Origin: an uncultured delta proteobacterium
GTDB lineage: Bacteria > Desulfobacterota > Binatia > DP-6
NCBI GenBank assembly: GCA_963815115.1
Contig: CAWFFN010000007.1
Location: forward strand, 288,001-352,000
Reading direction: 5' to 3'
DNA: 64,000 nucleotides
Part shown: positions 38,382 through 47,337 of the stretch, piece by piece
Layout: each line of letters starts with the position of its first letter
How positions within the stretch are numbered: position 1 is the first letter of the stretch
Program-made: the position numbers and the translations under genes
Notes under the pieces: generated by a model
What the model saw: the letters and a program-made list of their open reading frames with translations, nothing else
The model's database searches: none
Told to the model about the DNA's origin: nothing

Positions 38382-38951
38382 ATGTCGCGAGAGGATCGGG
38401 AGCGCTGGGAGACGAAGCACCGCGGCGGCGCGACCGAGCTCGCACCGCCGTCCGCCTTTCTCGTCGAGCACGCCCACCTCCTGCCGCCGGGACGCACCCT
38501 CGACCTGGCGGCGGGCACCGGTCGCAACGCCGCGTTCCTGGCTGCCCGCGGGCACGCCGTGGTCGCCGCCGACGTCTCGTGGGCCGGCCTCGCGCACCTG
38601 CGTGAGGCCGCACGCCAGGTCGCGTGCGTCCAGATGGATCTCGACGCGCCCGGCTTCCGCGCCGGGGCGGCCGACAACATCGTCGTGGTGAGCTTTCTCG
38701 ACCGGCGCCTCTTCGCCGGGGTTGCCCGGTGGCTCCGTCCCGGCGGGAGGCTGCTGTGGGACACGTTCCTGGTCGACCAGCGCACGATCGGCCACCCGCG
38801 CGAGGCCGCCTTCCTGCTCGAGCGTGGCGAGCTCGTCGACCGTTTGCGAGGGGCGTTCCGGATCCTGGCCGCCCGCGAAGACCTGGTGGAGGAGCATGGG
38901 CGGTCGGCCTTCCGGTCCGGTGTCGTCGCGGAGCGCGTGGGCACGGGGTAG
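38382..38951 (+). CDS. Class I SAM-dependent methyltransferase (TehB-like)
   Basis: LDLAAGTGRNA, FLDR, LRPGG, LERGEL. Confidence 0.85.
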   Translation: MSREDRERWETKHRGGATELAPPSAFLVEHAHLLPPGRTLDLAAGTGRNAAFLAARGHAVVAADVSWAGLAHLREAARQVACVQMDLDAPGFRAGAADNIVVVSFLDRRLFAGVARWLRPGGRLLWDTFLVDQRTIGHPREAAFLLERGELVDRLRGAFRILAAREDLVEEHGRSAFRSGVVAERVGTG

Positions 38952-39029
38952 ATTGTGAAAACCATCGCTCTGGGCTATCGCCCGAGCCGGGCCGTGGCGG
39001 GGGAGCCGACAGCAGGACGACCGGGAACG

Positions 39030-39926
39030 ATGCGGGCCGCGGGCGCGCTCATCGCACGGAAGCGGCCGGCCGGCGCCATGGTGGCGGCCGTCCTGCTCGC
39101 GGGCTGTGCCACGCGAGCCGATCTGCTCGAGATCGAGCGTCGCATCGATACGCGCATGCAGGAGCAGGCACGCTCCATCCAGGAGATTCAGCTCGAGATG
39201 GAGCGCCTGCGCGGATCGGCCGAGGGGAGGGGTGCTCCCGCCTCGCGGGCCGCCACCCCGAGGGCCGCCGTACGCAGGGCGGAGCGTCCGGTCACGGGAG
39301 ACCAGTGGCCGCCGAAGCCCCCGTCGCCATCGCAGGAGATCGGCATGACCCTGGCGCCGGAGGGCATGTCGACCGAGGGCGCGACCCCGCCGGCGCCCGC
39401 GGCGCCGCCGCCGACCGGAGCACCAGCTGCGGAGCCCCAGGCGCAGCCGCCGGAGCCGTCGTCGAGCGCGCGGCCGCCGCGTCCGGGAGTCGACGAGGGC
39501 TGGAAGCGCGAGATCGAGCAGGATCGCGCCGTGGCGAGCACCATGCACGTCACGGAGCGCGCCGAGTACATGGGGGCGCTCGCACGCCTGGCCAAGGGCG
39601 ACTGCTCGAAGGCGTCCGGCCGGCTGAGCGCGGTCTCGTCGGACGCGAAGGGATCGCCACTCGCTGACAACGCGCTCTACTGGCAGGCGCGCTGCGACGC
39701 CGCGCGTGGCGATCAGGGCCAGGCCGTGTCGAGGTATCGCGACGTCGTCGCGCGCTACCCGAAGAGCGACAAGGCTCCCGCGGCGCTCTGGGAACAAGGC
39801 AAGCTGCTCATGCGCAGCGGCGATGCCCCCGCAGCGCGCGGCGTGCTGTCGCGGCTGGTGCGCGACTACCCGTCCTCGGCCGAGGCGGGGCAAGCGCGGC
39901 GGGCGCTTGCCAACCTCGAGCACTAG
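39030..39926 (+). CDS. CpoB/YbgF-like TPR lipoprotein
   Basis: Lipobox LLAGC, coiled coil, Pro-rich linker, ADNALYW / YPKSDKAPAAL / YPSSAEA TPRs. Confidence 0.8.
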   Translation: MRAAGALIARKRPAGAMVAAVLLAGCATRADLLEIERRIDTRMQEQARSIQEIQLEMERLRGSAEGRGAPASRAATPRAAVRRAERPVTGDQWPPKPPSPSQEIGMTLAPEGMSTEGATPPAPAAPPPTGAPAAEPQAQPPEPSSSARPPRPGVDEGWKREIEQDRAVASTMHVTERAEYMGALARLAKGDCSKASGRLSAVSSDAKGSPLADNALYWQARCDAARGDQGQAVSRYRDVVARYPKSDKAPAALWEQGKLLMRSGDAPAARGVLSRLVRDYPSSAEAGQARRALANLEH

Positions 39927-39959
39927 GCCCTCGACCCGAGACGGAGTCTCGGGTCGGTC

Positions 39960-40370
39960 CTAGGCGACGGCGGGCAGAGCGAGCCGGTCCGGATCGCGGG
40001 GCGACGTGTACCACCACGCCCACGCGATGAGAACGCCCTGGAACGGCAGCCGCACCCAGTTCCAGACGCCGGCCCCCTGGGTGGCGCCGAACACCGGCAC
40101 GTCGTGCAACGCGATGTGCAGATTGGCCGGGAAGATCGCGATCAGCAACAGGATGAGGCCCCAGGCGGCGAGCCGTCGCGTCTGCGGCAGCAGGACCGCG
40201 ACGCCGAGCACGACCTCCGCGACGCCGGACAGGAGGACGAGCTCGCGGTGCGCCGGCAGATAGGGCGGCATCATCGGAAGGTAGTAGTCGGTTCGCACGA
40301 AGTGAGCGAGTCCCGCGCCCACGTAGAAGATGCCCATCACCCACAGCAGGACGCGCTTCGGCCGGCTCAT
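39960..40370 (-). CDS. DoxX-like membrane protein
   Basis: AGLAHF, MMPPYLP, SGVAE, FPANL, RLPFQ. Confidence 0.85.
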   Translation of the reverse strand: MSRPKRVLLWVMGIFYVGAGLAHFVRTDYYLPMMPPYLPAHRELVLLSGVAEVVLGVAVLLPQTRRLAAWGLILLLIAIFPANLHIALHDVPVFGATQGAGVWNWVRLPFQGVLIAWAWWYTSPRDPDRLALPAVA

Positions 40371-41311
40371 CGTCCCCACCCCCAGTGCAGGTTGCGGAGG
40401 AAGAACGCGTACAGGATCGAGGCCCACATGGCCCACTTCGCCGTATAGTAGAGACGGCGATTGGCGCGCTTCAGGCGCAGCAGCACCTGCCGGAACCGGT
40501 GCACCGCGCCGGAGACGAGGTTGACGATGCCCAGCTGCTCGGTGGCGACGTTCCGGCTCGCCGTGACGCGCAGCACGTAGCCGCTGATGAACCGGTTGAT
40601 CGCTCGCATGACCGGTGTGCGCAATGGACGCTCGACGTCGCAGAAGAGGATGATGCGGTCCTGGTCGGTGCGATTCTCGGCGCGATGGATGTAGGTCTCG
40701 TCGAAGACGACGTCCTCCCCGTCCCGCCAGGCGTACGGCTGTCCGTCGACGAAGATGCGGCAGGCGTCGGAGTTCGGCGTGATGAGCCCGAGATGGTAGC
40801 GCAGCGACCCGGCATAGGGATCCCGGTGCTCGGTCAGCTTGCCGCCGGCCGGGAGCAGGGCGAAGAGCGCGGCGTGCACGGTGGGGATCGATCGCAGCAG
40901 CGCAACGGTGCGCGGGCACAGCGCCTGGGCCGAGGGCAGGAAGTCGTCGTACCACTTCAAGTGAAAGCGCCGCCAGCCGCGCCGGAAGAACGTGTTGAAG
41001 GCGACGTCCTGGTGGCTGTCCGACGGCCGCACGTGGCCGCCCCGCACCAGCGCCGCGGCCTCGTCGCGCATCGTGTGCCAGTTCTCCCGGAGCGGGGCCA
41101 GCTCGGGAAAGTCGTGCGCCGCGAGCAGCGGCGTCCGGGGCACGGCCGAGAACGCGTACATGACGACGTTCACGGGTGCGAAGACCGTCGAGTGATCCGT
41201 CAGCTGGCGGCGCAGATGGTGGCGCACGTGCCCGCGTAGATGGACGTAGGCCGCCGAGCCCACGAAGGCGTACAGCACGAGGAACCGCGGCGCGAGCAGC
41301 TCACCCAGCAT
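40367..41311 (-). CDS. lpxO: Aspartyl/asparaginyl beta-hydroxylase family protein, LpxO-like lipid A hydroxylase
   Basis: DVAFNTFFRRGWRRFHLKWY, HRDPYAGSLRYHLGL, FDETYIH, RIILFCDVERP; terminal TM helices. Confidence 0.82.
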   Translation of the reverse strand: MLGELLAPRFLVLYAFVGSAAYVHLRGHVRHHLRRQLTDHSTVFAPVNVVMYAFSAVPRTPLLAAHDFPELAPLRENWHTMRDEAAALVRGGHVRPSDSHQDVAFNTFFRRGWRRFHLKWYDDFLPSAQALCPRTVALLRSIPTVHAALFALLPAGGKLTEHRDPYAGSLRYHLGLITPNSDACRIFVDGQPYAWRDGEDVVFDETYIHRAENRTDQDRIILFCDVERPLRTPVMRAINRFISGYVLRVTASRNVATEQLGIVNLVSGAVHRFRQVLLRLKRANRRLYYTAKWAMWASILYAFFLRNLHWGWGR

Positions 41312-41442
41312 CCGTGCCCGTCGATGGCGGCCGGCCGTCGGGCCACCGCTCCGTGGCGCACCGGGTACGTTGGATCCTGCCGGCGGTCAAGCGCGAGGCG
41401 CGAGCGGAGCGGGACGGCGGGCGCGCCGGGCGCGCGAGCGGG

Positions 41443-42006
41443 CTACTGGACACCGGGCCCCGGAGTCAGCGCCATGGGGTCGACGCCGAGCCCGCGGATC
41501 GCCGTCTCCCACATCTCGTCGGCAGGCGTCGCGAAGACCAGGTCGGGATCGGCAGGCGCGGTGAGCCACGCCGACTCGGCAAGCTCGCGATCGAGCTGAC
41601 GCGGTCCCCACCCGGCGTAGCCGAGCAGGAGTCGGCAGCGGCGCCGCGGCAGCTCGAGCGGATGCGCCTCGAGCAGCGGGCGGAGCGTCTCCATCGAGGC
41701 GGTGAGATAGAAGCCCTCGCCGATGCGCTGGCTCCCGTCGGTCTCCGGATCGTTGCCGAGCAGCAGGAAGCCGCGATTGGTCTCGACGGGACCGCCGGTC
41801 CACAAGCGGAGCCCGCTGTCGCGCTGGGGCGGCGGGTCGAGCGCCACCGCGTTCGCCGCGCGGACGTCGGTGGGACGGTTCACCACGAACCCGACAGCGC
41901 CCTCCGGGCTGTGTTCGCACAGGAGCACGACGGCGCGGCTGAAGTTCGGGTCGCGGAGCTGCGGCATCGCCAGGAGCAACGATGGCGCGAGAGATCCGTC
42001 GGCCAT
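41443..42006 (-). CDS. YqgE/AlgH family protein
   Basis: LLAMPQLRDPNF, GGPVE, GYAGWGPRQL..E. Confidence 0.92.
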   Translation of the reverse strand: MADGSLAPSLLLAMPQLRDPNFSRAVVLLCEHSPEGAVGFVVNRPTDVRAANAVALDPPPQRDSGLRLWTGGPVETNRGFLLLGNDPETDGSQRIGEGFYLTASMETLRPLLEAHPLELPRRRCRLLLGYAGWGPRQLDRELAESAWLTAPADPDLVFATPADEMWETAIRGLGVDPMALTPGPGVQ

Positions 42007-42050
42007 GTGGAATGCTTCACTTGCGCTGGCGGGTTTGTCAACCAGGCCAG

Positions 42051-42872
42051 TCACACACTCGATACGCGATGGTCGAGGGGACGGCGTCCGCCGCCGATCG
42101 CGGGCGCGGCGGCGAGGCCGCGGTGCACGAAGCGTCGCGCGCGCGCCACGGCCGCGACCAGGTCTTCGCCGCCGGCGAGCGCGGCGGCGATGGCGGCGGA
42201 CAGGGTGCAGCCCGTCCCGTGCGTCGGTCCGGAGGGCACACGCGCGGCGTCGAGCTCGTGGATGCTACCGGCCACGAGCAGGACGTCGATCGGCCGATCG
42301 GGCAGATGGCCGCCCTTGACGAGCGCCGCCGTCGCTCCGAGATCGACCAGGGCCTGCGCGGCCTCGCGCATGCCGGCGACGTCCTCGACCGGCCGGCCGG
42401 TGAGGGCCGTCGCCTCCGCGAGGTTCGGCGTGACGAGGAGCGCGTGCGGCAGGAGCGTACGCAGCGCCGCCGCCGTTCCCGCGTCGGCGAGCGAGTCGCC
42501 GCTGCCTGCCACCAGCACGGGATCGACGACGAGGCGGGGAAGCGGACGGCGGCGGAGCCGGGCGGCGAGCGCCTCGGCGAGGGCCGAGGTCGGGACGAGT
42601 CCCAGCTTGGCGGCGGCGACCGGCAGGTCGTCGTCCACCGCGTCGAGCTGGGCGAGAACCACGTCGGGCGCCACGGGGTGGACCGCGCGGACGCCCCGGG
42701 TGTTCTGCACGGTCAGCGTGGTGATGACGGCGGCGCCATAGACGCCGAAGGCGTGGAACGTCTTCAGATCCGCCTGGATGCCTGCCCCGCCACTCGGATC
42801 CGAGCCGGCGACGCTCAGAGCCACCGCGATCGCTGGCCCCCGGACGGCGGGTTCTGTACGGTGCGGCGCCAT
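42051..42872 (-). CDS. thiD: Hydroxymethylpyrimidine/phosphomethylpyrimidine kinase
   Basis: AGSDPSGGAGIQADLKTF, TVQNT, VDPV, TPNLAEA, KGGH, THGTGCT. Confidence 0.95.
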   Translation of the reverse strand: MAPHRTEPAVRGPAIAVALSVAGSDPSGGAGIQADLKTFHAFGVYGAAVITTLTVQNTRGVRAVHPVAPDVVLAQLDAVDDDLPVAAAKLGLVPTSALAEALAARLRRRPLPRLVVDPVLVAGSGDSLADAGTAAALRTLLPHALLVTPNLAEATALTGRPVEDVAGMREAAQALVDLGATAALVKGGHLPDRPIDVLLVAGSIHELDAARVPSGPTHGTGCTLSAAIAAALAGGEDLVAAVARARRFVHRGLAAAPAIGGGRRPLDHRVSSV

Positions 42873-43617
42873 GCAGCTGGAGGTCTACCAGACGGACGCG
42901 GAGGTGTACGAGGCCGCGTCGGCGCTGGCGGCCGAGCGCCTGACGGCGGCGGCGGCGACGGGTCGGGCAACCGTTGCGGTCCCCGGTGGCCGTGGCGGCC
43001 GCGCGCTGATGCTGGCCCTCGCCGCCCGCGGCGACGTGCCGTGGCAGCGGCTGGAGGTATTCTTCACGGACGAATGCTGCGTCCCGGACGGTGATGCGCG
43101 CAGCACCCTGCACCTGGCGCGCGAGAGCCTGCTCGGTCCGCGCGGCGTGCCCGCTGCTCGCGTCCATCCGATCCCGGTCGGCGGCGGAGATCCGGCGCGG
43201 GCGGCCGCGGCGTACGCGGAGGTGCTGGCCCGCGAGGTGGGCGTGCCTCCGGTGCTCGATCTGGTCCTGCTGGATCTCGGTGCCGGCGGCGAGATCGCGG
43301 CGTTGATGGCGGGCAGCAACGCCGCGCGGAGCGCGAGCACGGTGGCGGCGGTGGAAGCGTCGCAGGTCACCCTCGAGCCGCGCCTGGCCCGGATCACGCT
43401 CACCGGCGCCGCGCTGCGCAGCGCCCGTCACGTGATCGTCACGGCGACCGGCGCCGAGCGAGCGGGCGCGCTGGCGGCGGCGTTGCGCGAGCCCGCCGAC
43501 CCGCCGTGCCGTCCGGCGCAGGCCGTGCTGCCGTCGGCCATGGTGTCGTGGTTCGTCGACCGCGCCGCTGCCGAGCCGCTCCTGCGCGACGCCCACCCGG
43601 CGCCCGGCTCTCAGTAG
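42871..43617 (+). CDS. pgl: 6-phosphogluconolactonase-like protein (divergent)
   Basis: FFTDECCVP, DLVLL..G..G..A.L, RITLT, WFVDRAAA; several consensus residues altered. Confidence 0.72.
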   Translation: MQLEVYQTDAEVYEAASALAAERLTAAAATGRATVAVPGGRGGRALMLALAARGDVPWQRLEVFFTDECCVPDGDARSTLHLARESLLGPRGVPAARVHPIPVGGGDPARAAAAYAEVLAREVGVPPVLDLVLLDLGAGGEIAALMAGSNAARSASTVAAVEASQVTLEPRLARITLTGAALRSARHVIVTATGAERAGALAAALREPADPPCRPAQAVLPSAMVSWFVDRAAAEPLLRDAHPAPGSQ

Positions 43618-46600
43618 CGACGCCGCCAGAGCAGATCGACGGCGCTGTCGCCACGCGTCGAGGTGGACAGCTTGAGCGAGAGACTGCGGGTGACCGAATA
43701 GTCGACGCCCATCACCTGTCCCGCGCGTCCCGTGAAGTCCTGAGCCAGGCTCACGAAGACGTCGCGGGTCACGTAGCGGCCGGCCCGGACGCCCTCGTCG
43801 CCCACCTCGAAGGTATCGAGGCCGAGGGTGTTCATCACCGATTGGCGCAGCTCGGGCATGACGTAGCCGGAGGCCAGCGAGATGGCCTGGCGTTGCAGAT
43901 CGACGCCCTGCTGGTGGCCGAGGTCGCGAGCGGGCCGGCCGAACACCAGCAGGGAGAGGATGTCGGCTTGCTCGAGCGGGGGCTCGGAGGAGAGGGCCAA
44001 CGCCGGCGCCGACGCGCGCCCGGTGATCTCGACCTTCACCTCGTACTCGCCGGTCTTGTTGATCGCGGTGATGTCGAGCTGCGGGTCGGGGGGGACGTCG
44101 CCCCCGAAGATGATGTGGCCGTCGTCGAGATCGAAGCGACGGCCCTGGAATGCGTACCAGCCGCGCACGAGTCGGATGTCGCCGGTGACGAAGAGCGGCT
44201 GGTAGGCTTCCTTGCCGAGCTGAAGCCGGCCGCGCAGCTCGACGTCGGCATCGTTGCGCCGGATCCAGGCGTTGCGATCGATGCGGATCTCGACGTCGAG
44301 CGACAGGGCATCGGCGACGTCCAGTGCGGGCTCGGCAGGCCGCGTGTCGGGTGGCTCCTCGCTTCCGACGACCTCGATCGTGGGATCGGGCTCGATGCTC
44401 GGTCCCGAGGTCGTCTCGAGAAGGGTGGGACGGACGAGGAGGCGCGTGAGGGTCAGCTGGCCTCGCACGACGGGGTAGGCGAGCGATCCCTCGACGGTGA
44501 GGCTGCCGTCGGTCGCCGCTTCGTAAGCGGGCAGCGCGACCGCCAGGAAGCGATCGAATCGGAGTCGGAGCGCGAACGGCGTCGTCGTCGTCGCGAACAG
44601 CGCCAGCGAGCCACTGCCGTCCACCGTGCCGTCGCCGGTGTGCGCACGCAGGGACTCGAGCTCGATGGTTTGCCCCCTGGCGACGGCCATCACCTCGATC
44701 CGGTCGTAGGTGACCCCGGTGGCCCGGAGACGCACCCGCCCGTCGCGCAGGCTCATCGTCCCGTCGGCACGGAGCTCGCGCCAGGGCCCACGCAGGCGCG
44801 CGTCACCGACGAGACGGCCGGCGCTCTGCTGGATGGCGTCCGGCGCGAGCAGGCGGACCACCGCCAGGTCGAGGCCGTCCGTGTGCACGCCGAGATCGAC
44901 GGGCGCATCGCTCAGGTCGCGACGCGGACCCTCCCAGGCGAGGTCGACCGGCAGGGCGCCCGAGAGGTCGAGCCGGCCCGCTTCGGCCTGCGTGACGGTG
45001 CCCCGGAGCGACAGCAGGCGATCGGCATAGCTGCCGGTGAAGGACAGCGCGGTGGTCGGAGCCTTCTCGAGGGTGATGCGGTCGGCCCGCGCCGTGAGCG
45101 TCAGGCTGGGACTCGCCGCCGTGCCGGACACTTTCACCGTGCCGCCGGTGAGGCCGGCGCACTCGAGCCCGCGCAGGCGGCAGAGCGCACCGACGTCGAC
45201 GTCCGTCCAGTCCAGCGCCGCGTCGGCGGGACCGCTCAGGCCCGCGCGCCCCGCGACGGCGACGTGCTGCGAGCCCGCCGCCAGCTCGAGCCGATCGACC
45301 GACAGGGTGCCGGTACGGACGGTCAGTGACGCGGGGCGGACGAGGGTCCACGTGCCGTGGTCCGGCACCGTCGCCGTGAGGTCGCGCAGGTCCATGCCCA
45401 GATCGCCGGTCGGCGCGCGACGGATCGCGGCGTGCGTGACCAGCCTGGCGCCGTCCTCGGCGTGTCCCTCGACACGGACGGCGGCGTTGTCGGTCCCGCC
45501 AGCCCGCTGCAGGTCGGCGGCCACGGTGCCGGTCCAGGGTGACGACCCTTCGACGCGCAACGTGCTCAGGTCGGCGCTCAGGCGGCCGGCCGGCGTCGCG
45601 CCGCCGATGCCCGTCAGCGCGGCCGTGAGCACCCCACGCTGGAGCGTGGCGAAGCCGGTGCCGACGTTCTCCGCCGTGAGCGTTCCGTCCACGGCGAGCT
45701 GTCGGAGCGGACCGCGAACCGTGGCCCGGGTGGTCATCGCGCCGGTGACGTCGGCCCCCGCGGCGCGGGCGGCGCCGGCGACGCTGCCGGCGGCCGTGAT
45801 AGTCGCGTCGAGCGTCTCGCGCTGCAGGTCGAGGGTGCCGGTCGCGTTCGCGCGCACGCCGCGGGCGAGCGCGGTGCCGTCCTCCACCCGGAGCGTGTCT
45901 CCGCGGAGCGTCAGCCTGGCGCTTCCACCGTCGACCGGCACATCGAGCAGGCGCGCGCCGTCGACATCCACCCGCAGCGCCACGCTGCGCCCCGGGCCGG
46001 TGAATCCGCGCCCTTCGACGGTCGCGCGGACGCGGCCGCTGCCGGGCATGGCGGGAAGGAGCGCGGCCAGGTCGACGATCTGGAGGCGTCCGCGTGCGGT
46101 GTAGGAGGGCTCGCCGGACCAGGACAGGTGGCCGTCGATGGCGGCCCGGCCAGCGCGTGCGACCACGACGCCGCGGGCGTCGAGGCCATCGCTCACGATG
46201 CGCCCGGCGAGCCGCGCCTCCGCGACGTCGACGCCCTCGAGGCCCGAGGGCGCGAGCCGGATGCGCAGGTCGAGTGGTGTCTCGAGGGTGGTGATCGCAC
46301 CCCGACCCGCAAGATGGCCGGTCAGGTCACTCCTCGGCAGAGTGGCCTCGACGGCGGCGAGGTCGAGATGACGGACGCGTGCCCGCGCCGCGTAGGGCAG
46401 TCCACCGGCGGCGGCGTTGACGACGCCGAACAGTCGGATCGCCCCGGCGTCGCGGCTGCGCAGCGCCGTCCGGAGGGCGATGCGGTGCCACGGGCCGCGT
46501 GCCACCACCGTGCCGTCGAGGTCCGGACGGCTCGGGACGGCTGGCACGATCGCGCGCAGCTCGCGGATCGAGAGCGGGGCGGCAGCGAGCTTCAGGTCCA

Positions 46601-47336
46601 CCAGACGGTCGAAGACGATTCGCCCGCCGCCCCGGAGCTGGCTGCGCCGCGTGGCGACCGTCAGGTCCTCGAACTGGATCGCGTCGCCGCTCGCCCCGAT
46701 CGTGAGGCCACCGCGCGCGGCGAGCGGCGAGACGGCGATGCCGCGAGGCACGGCGTTTAGGCTGGCCACATCGATGTGCACGCCCGTGGGGTCCATTGCC
46801 AGGGAACCGTCGAGGGCCAGCTGCGCGAGGGCGATGCGGCCAGGCGGCGCGGCCCCCAACGCCAGGTCGAGGCGGCCATCCTCGATGACCACCCGGCGGA
46901 TGCGGAGCGTGGGCAGCGGGGTTTCGCTCTCGCTCCCGGACGGCCCGGGCGCGACGAAGCCCCAGCCCTCGGCGGTGGCGAAGGCGCGGGCGCGTACGCC
47001 GCGCAGCCGCACCGAGCCGGCCTCGATCCGGCCGGAGAGCAGCACCTGGAGGGCATACGAAGCCGTCAGCTCGCGGGCGCTGACGCGCGCGCCGCCGGGA
47101 AATTGCAGATCGATGTCATGCGCCCAGATGCCGGTGACCAGCGAGCCGCCCACGCGGCCGATCGACACGCGTGCGTCCGTCGCCTGGACGAGGAGGGAGG
47201 TGATCCAATCACGCAGCTGCGCTTCTCCCACGGGCGTGCGGACGGCCATCACGAGCAGCACCAGGCCGACGGCGGCCAGGAGGAGAACGCCGGTCAGCAC
47301 GCGCACGGCGCGGCGGACGAGACGCAGCGAGGCCAT
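43611..47336 (-). CDS. tamB: Translocation and assembly module TamB-like protein
   Basis: N-terminal TM anchor, long beta-rich body, C-terminal DUF490-like region (DPQLDITA, LSSEPPLEQADILSLLVFG, GRYV); follows the Omp85 gene. Confidence 0.85.
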   Translation of the reverse strand: MASLRLVRRAVRVLTGVLLLAAVGLVLLVMAVRTPVGEAQLRDWITSLLVQATDARVSIGRVGGSLVTGIWAHDIDLQFPGGARVSARELTASYALQVLLSGRIEAGSVRLRGVRARAFATAEGWGFVAPGPSGSESETPLPTLRIRRVVIEDGRLDLALGAAPPGRIALAQLALDGSLAMDPTGVHIDVASLNAVPRGIAVSPLAARGGLTIGASGDAIQFEDLTVATRRSQLRGGGRIVFDRLVDLKLAAAPLSIRELRAIVPAVPSRPDLDGTVVARGPWHRIALRTALRSRDAGAIRLFGVVNAAAGGLPYAARARVRHLDLAAVEATLPRSDLTGHLAGRGAITTLETPLDLRIRLAPSGLEGVDVAEARLAGRIVSDGLDARGVVVARAGRAAIDGHLSWSGEPSYTARGRLQIVDLAALLPAMPGSGRVRATVEGRGFTGPGRSVALRVDVDGARLLDVPVDGGSARLTLRGDTLRVEDGTALARGVRANATGTLDLQRETLDATITAAGSVAGAARAAGADVTGAMTTRATVRGPLRQLAVDGTLTAENVGTGFATLQRGVLTAALTGIGGATPAGRLSADLSTLRVEGSSPWTGTVAADLQRAGGTDNAAVRVEGHAEDGARLVTHAAIRRAPTGDLGMDLRDLTATVPDHGTWTLVRPASLTVRTGTLSVDRLELAAGSQHVAVAGRAGLSGPADAALDWTDVDVGALCRLRGLECAGLTGGTVKVSGTAASPSLTLTARADRITLEKAPTTALSFTGSYADRLLSLRGTVTQAEAGRLDLSGALPVDLAWEGPRRDLSDAPVDLGVHTDGLDLAVVRLLAPDAIQQSAGRLVGDARLRGPWRELRADGTMSLRDGRVRLRATGVTYDRIEVMAVARGQTIELESLRAHTGDGTVDGSGSLALFATTTTPFALRLRFDRFLAVALPAYEAATDGSLTVEGSLAYPVVRGQLTLTRLLVRPTLLETTSGPSIEPDPTIEVVGSEEPPDTRPAEPALDVADALSLDVEIRIDRNAWIRRNDADVELRGRLQLGKEAYQPLFVTGDIRLVRGWYAFQGRRFDLDDGHIIFGGDVPPDPQLDITAINKTGEYEVKVEITGRASAPALALSSEPPLEQADILSLLVFGRPARDLGHQQGVDLQRQAISLASGYVMPELRQSVMNTLGLDTFEVGDEGVRAGRYVTRDVFVSLAQDFTGRAGQVMGVDYSVTRSLSLKLSTSTRGDSAVDLLWRRRY

Positions 47337-47337
47337 C

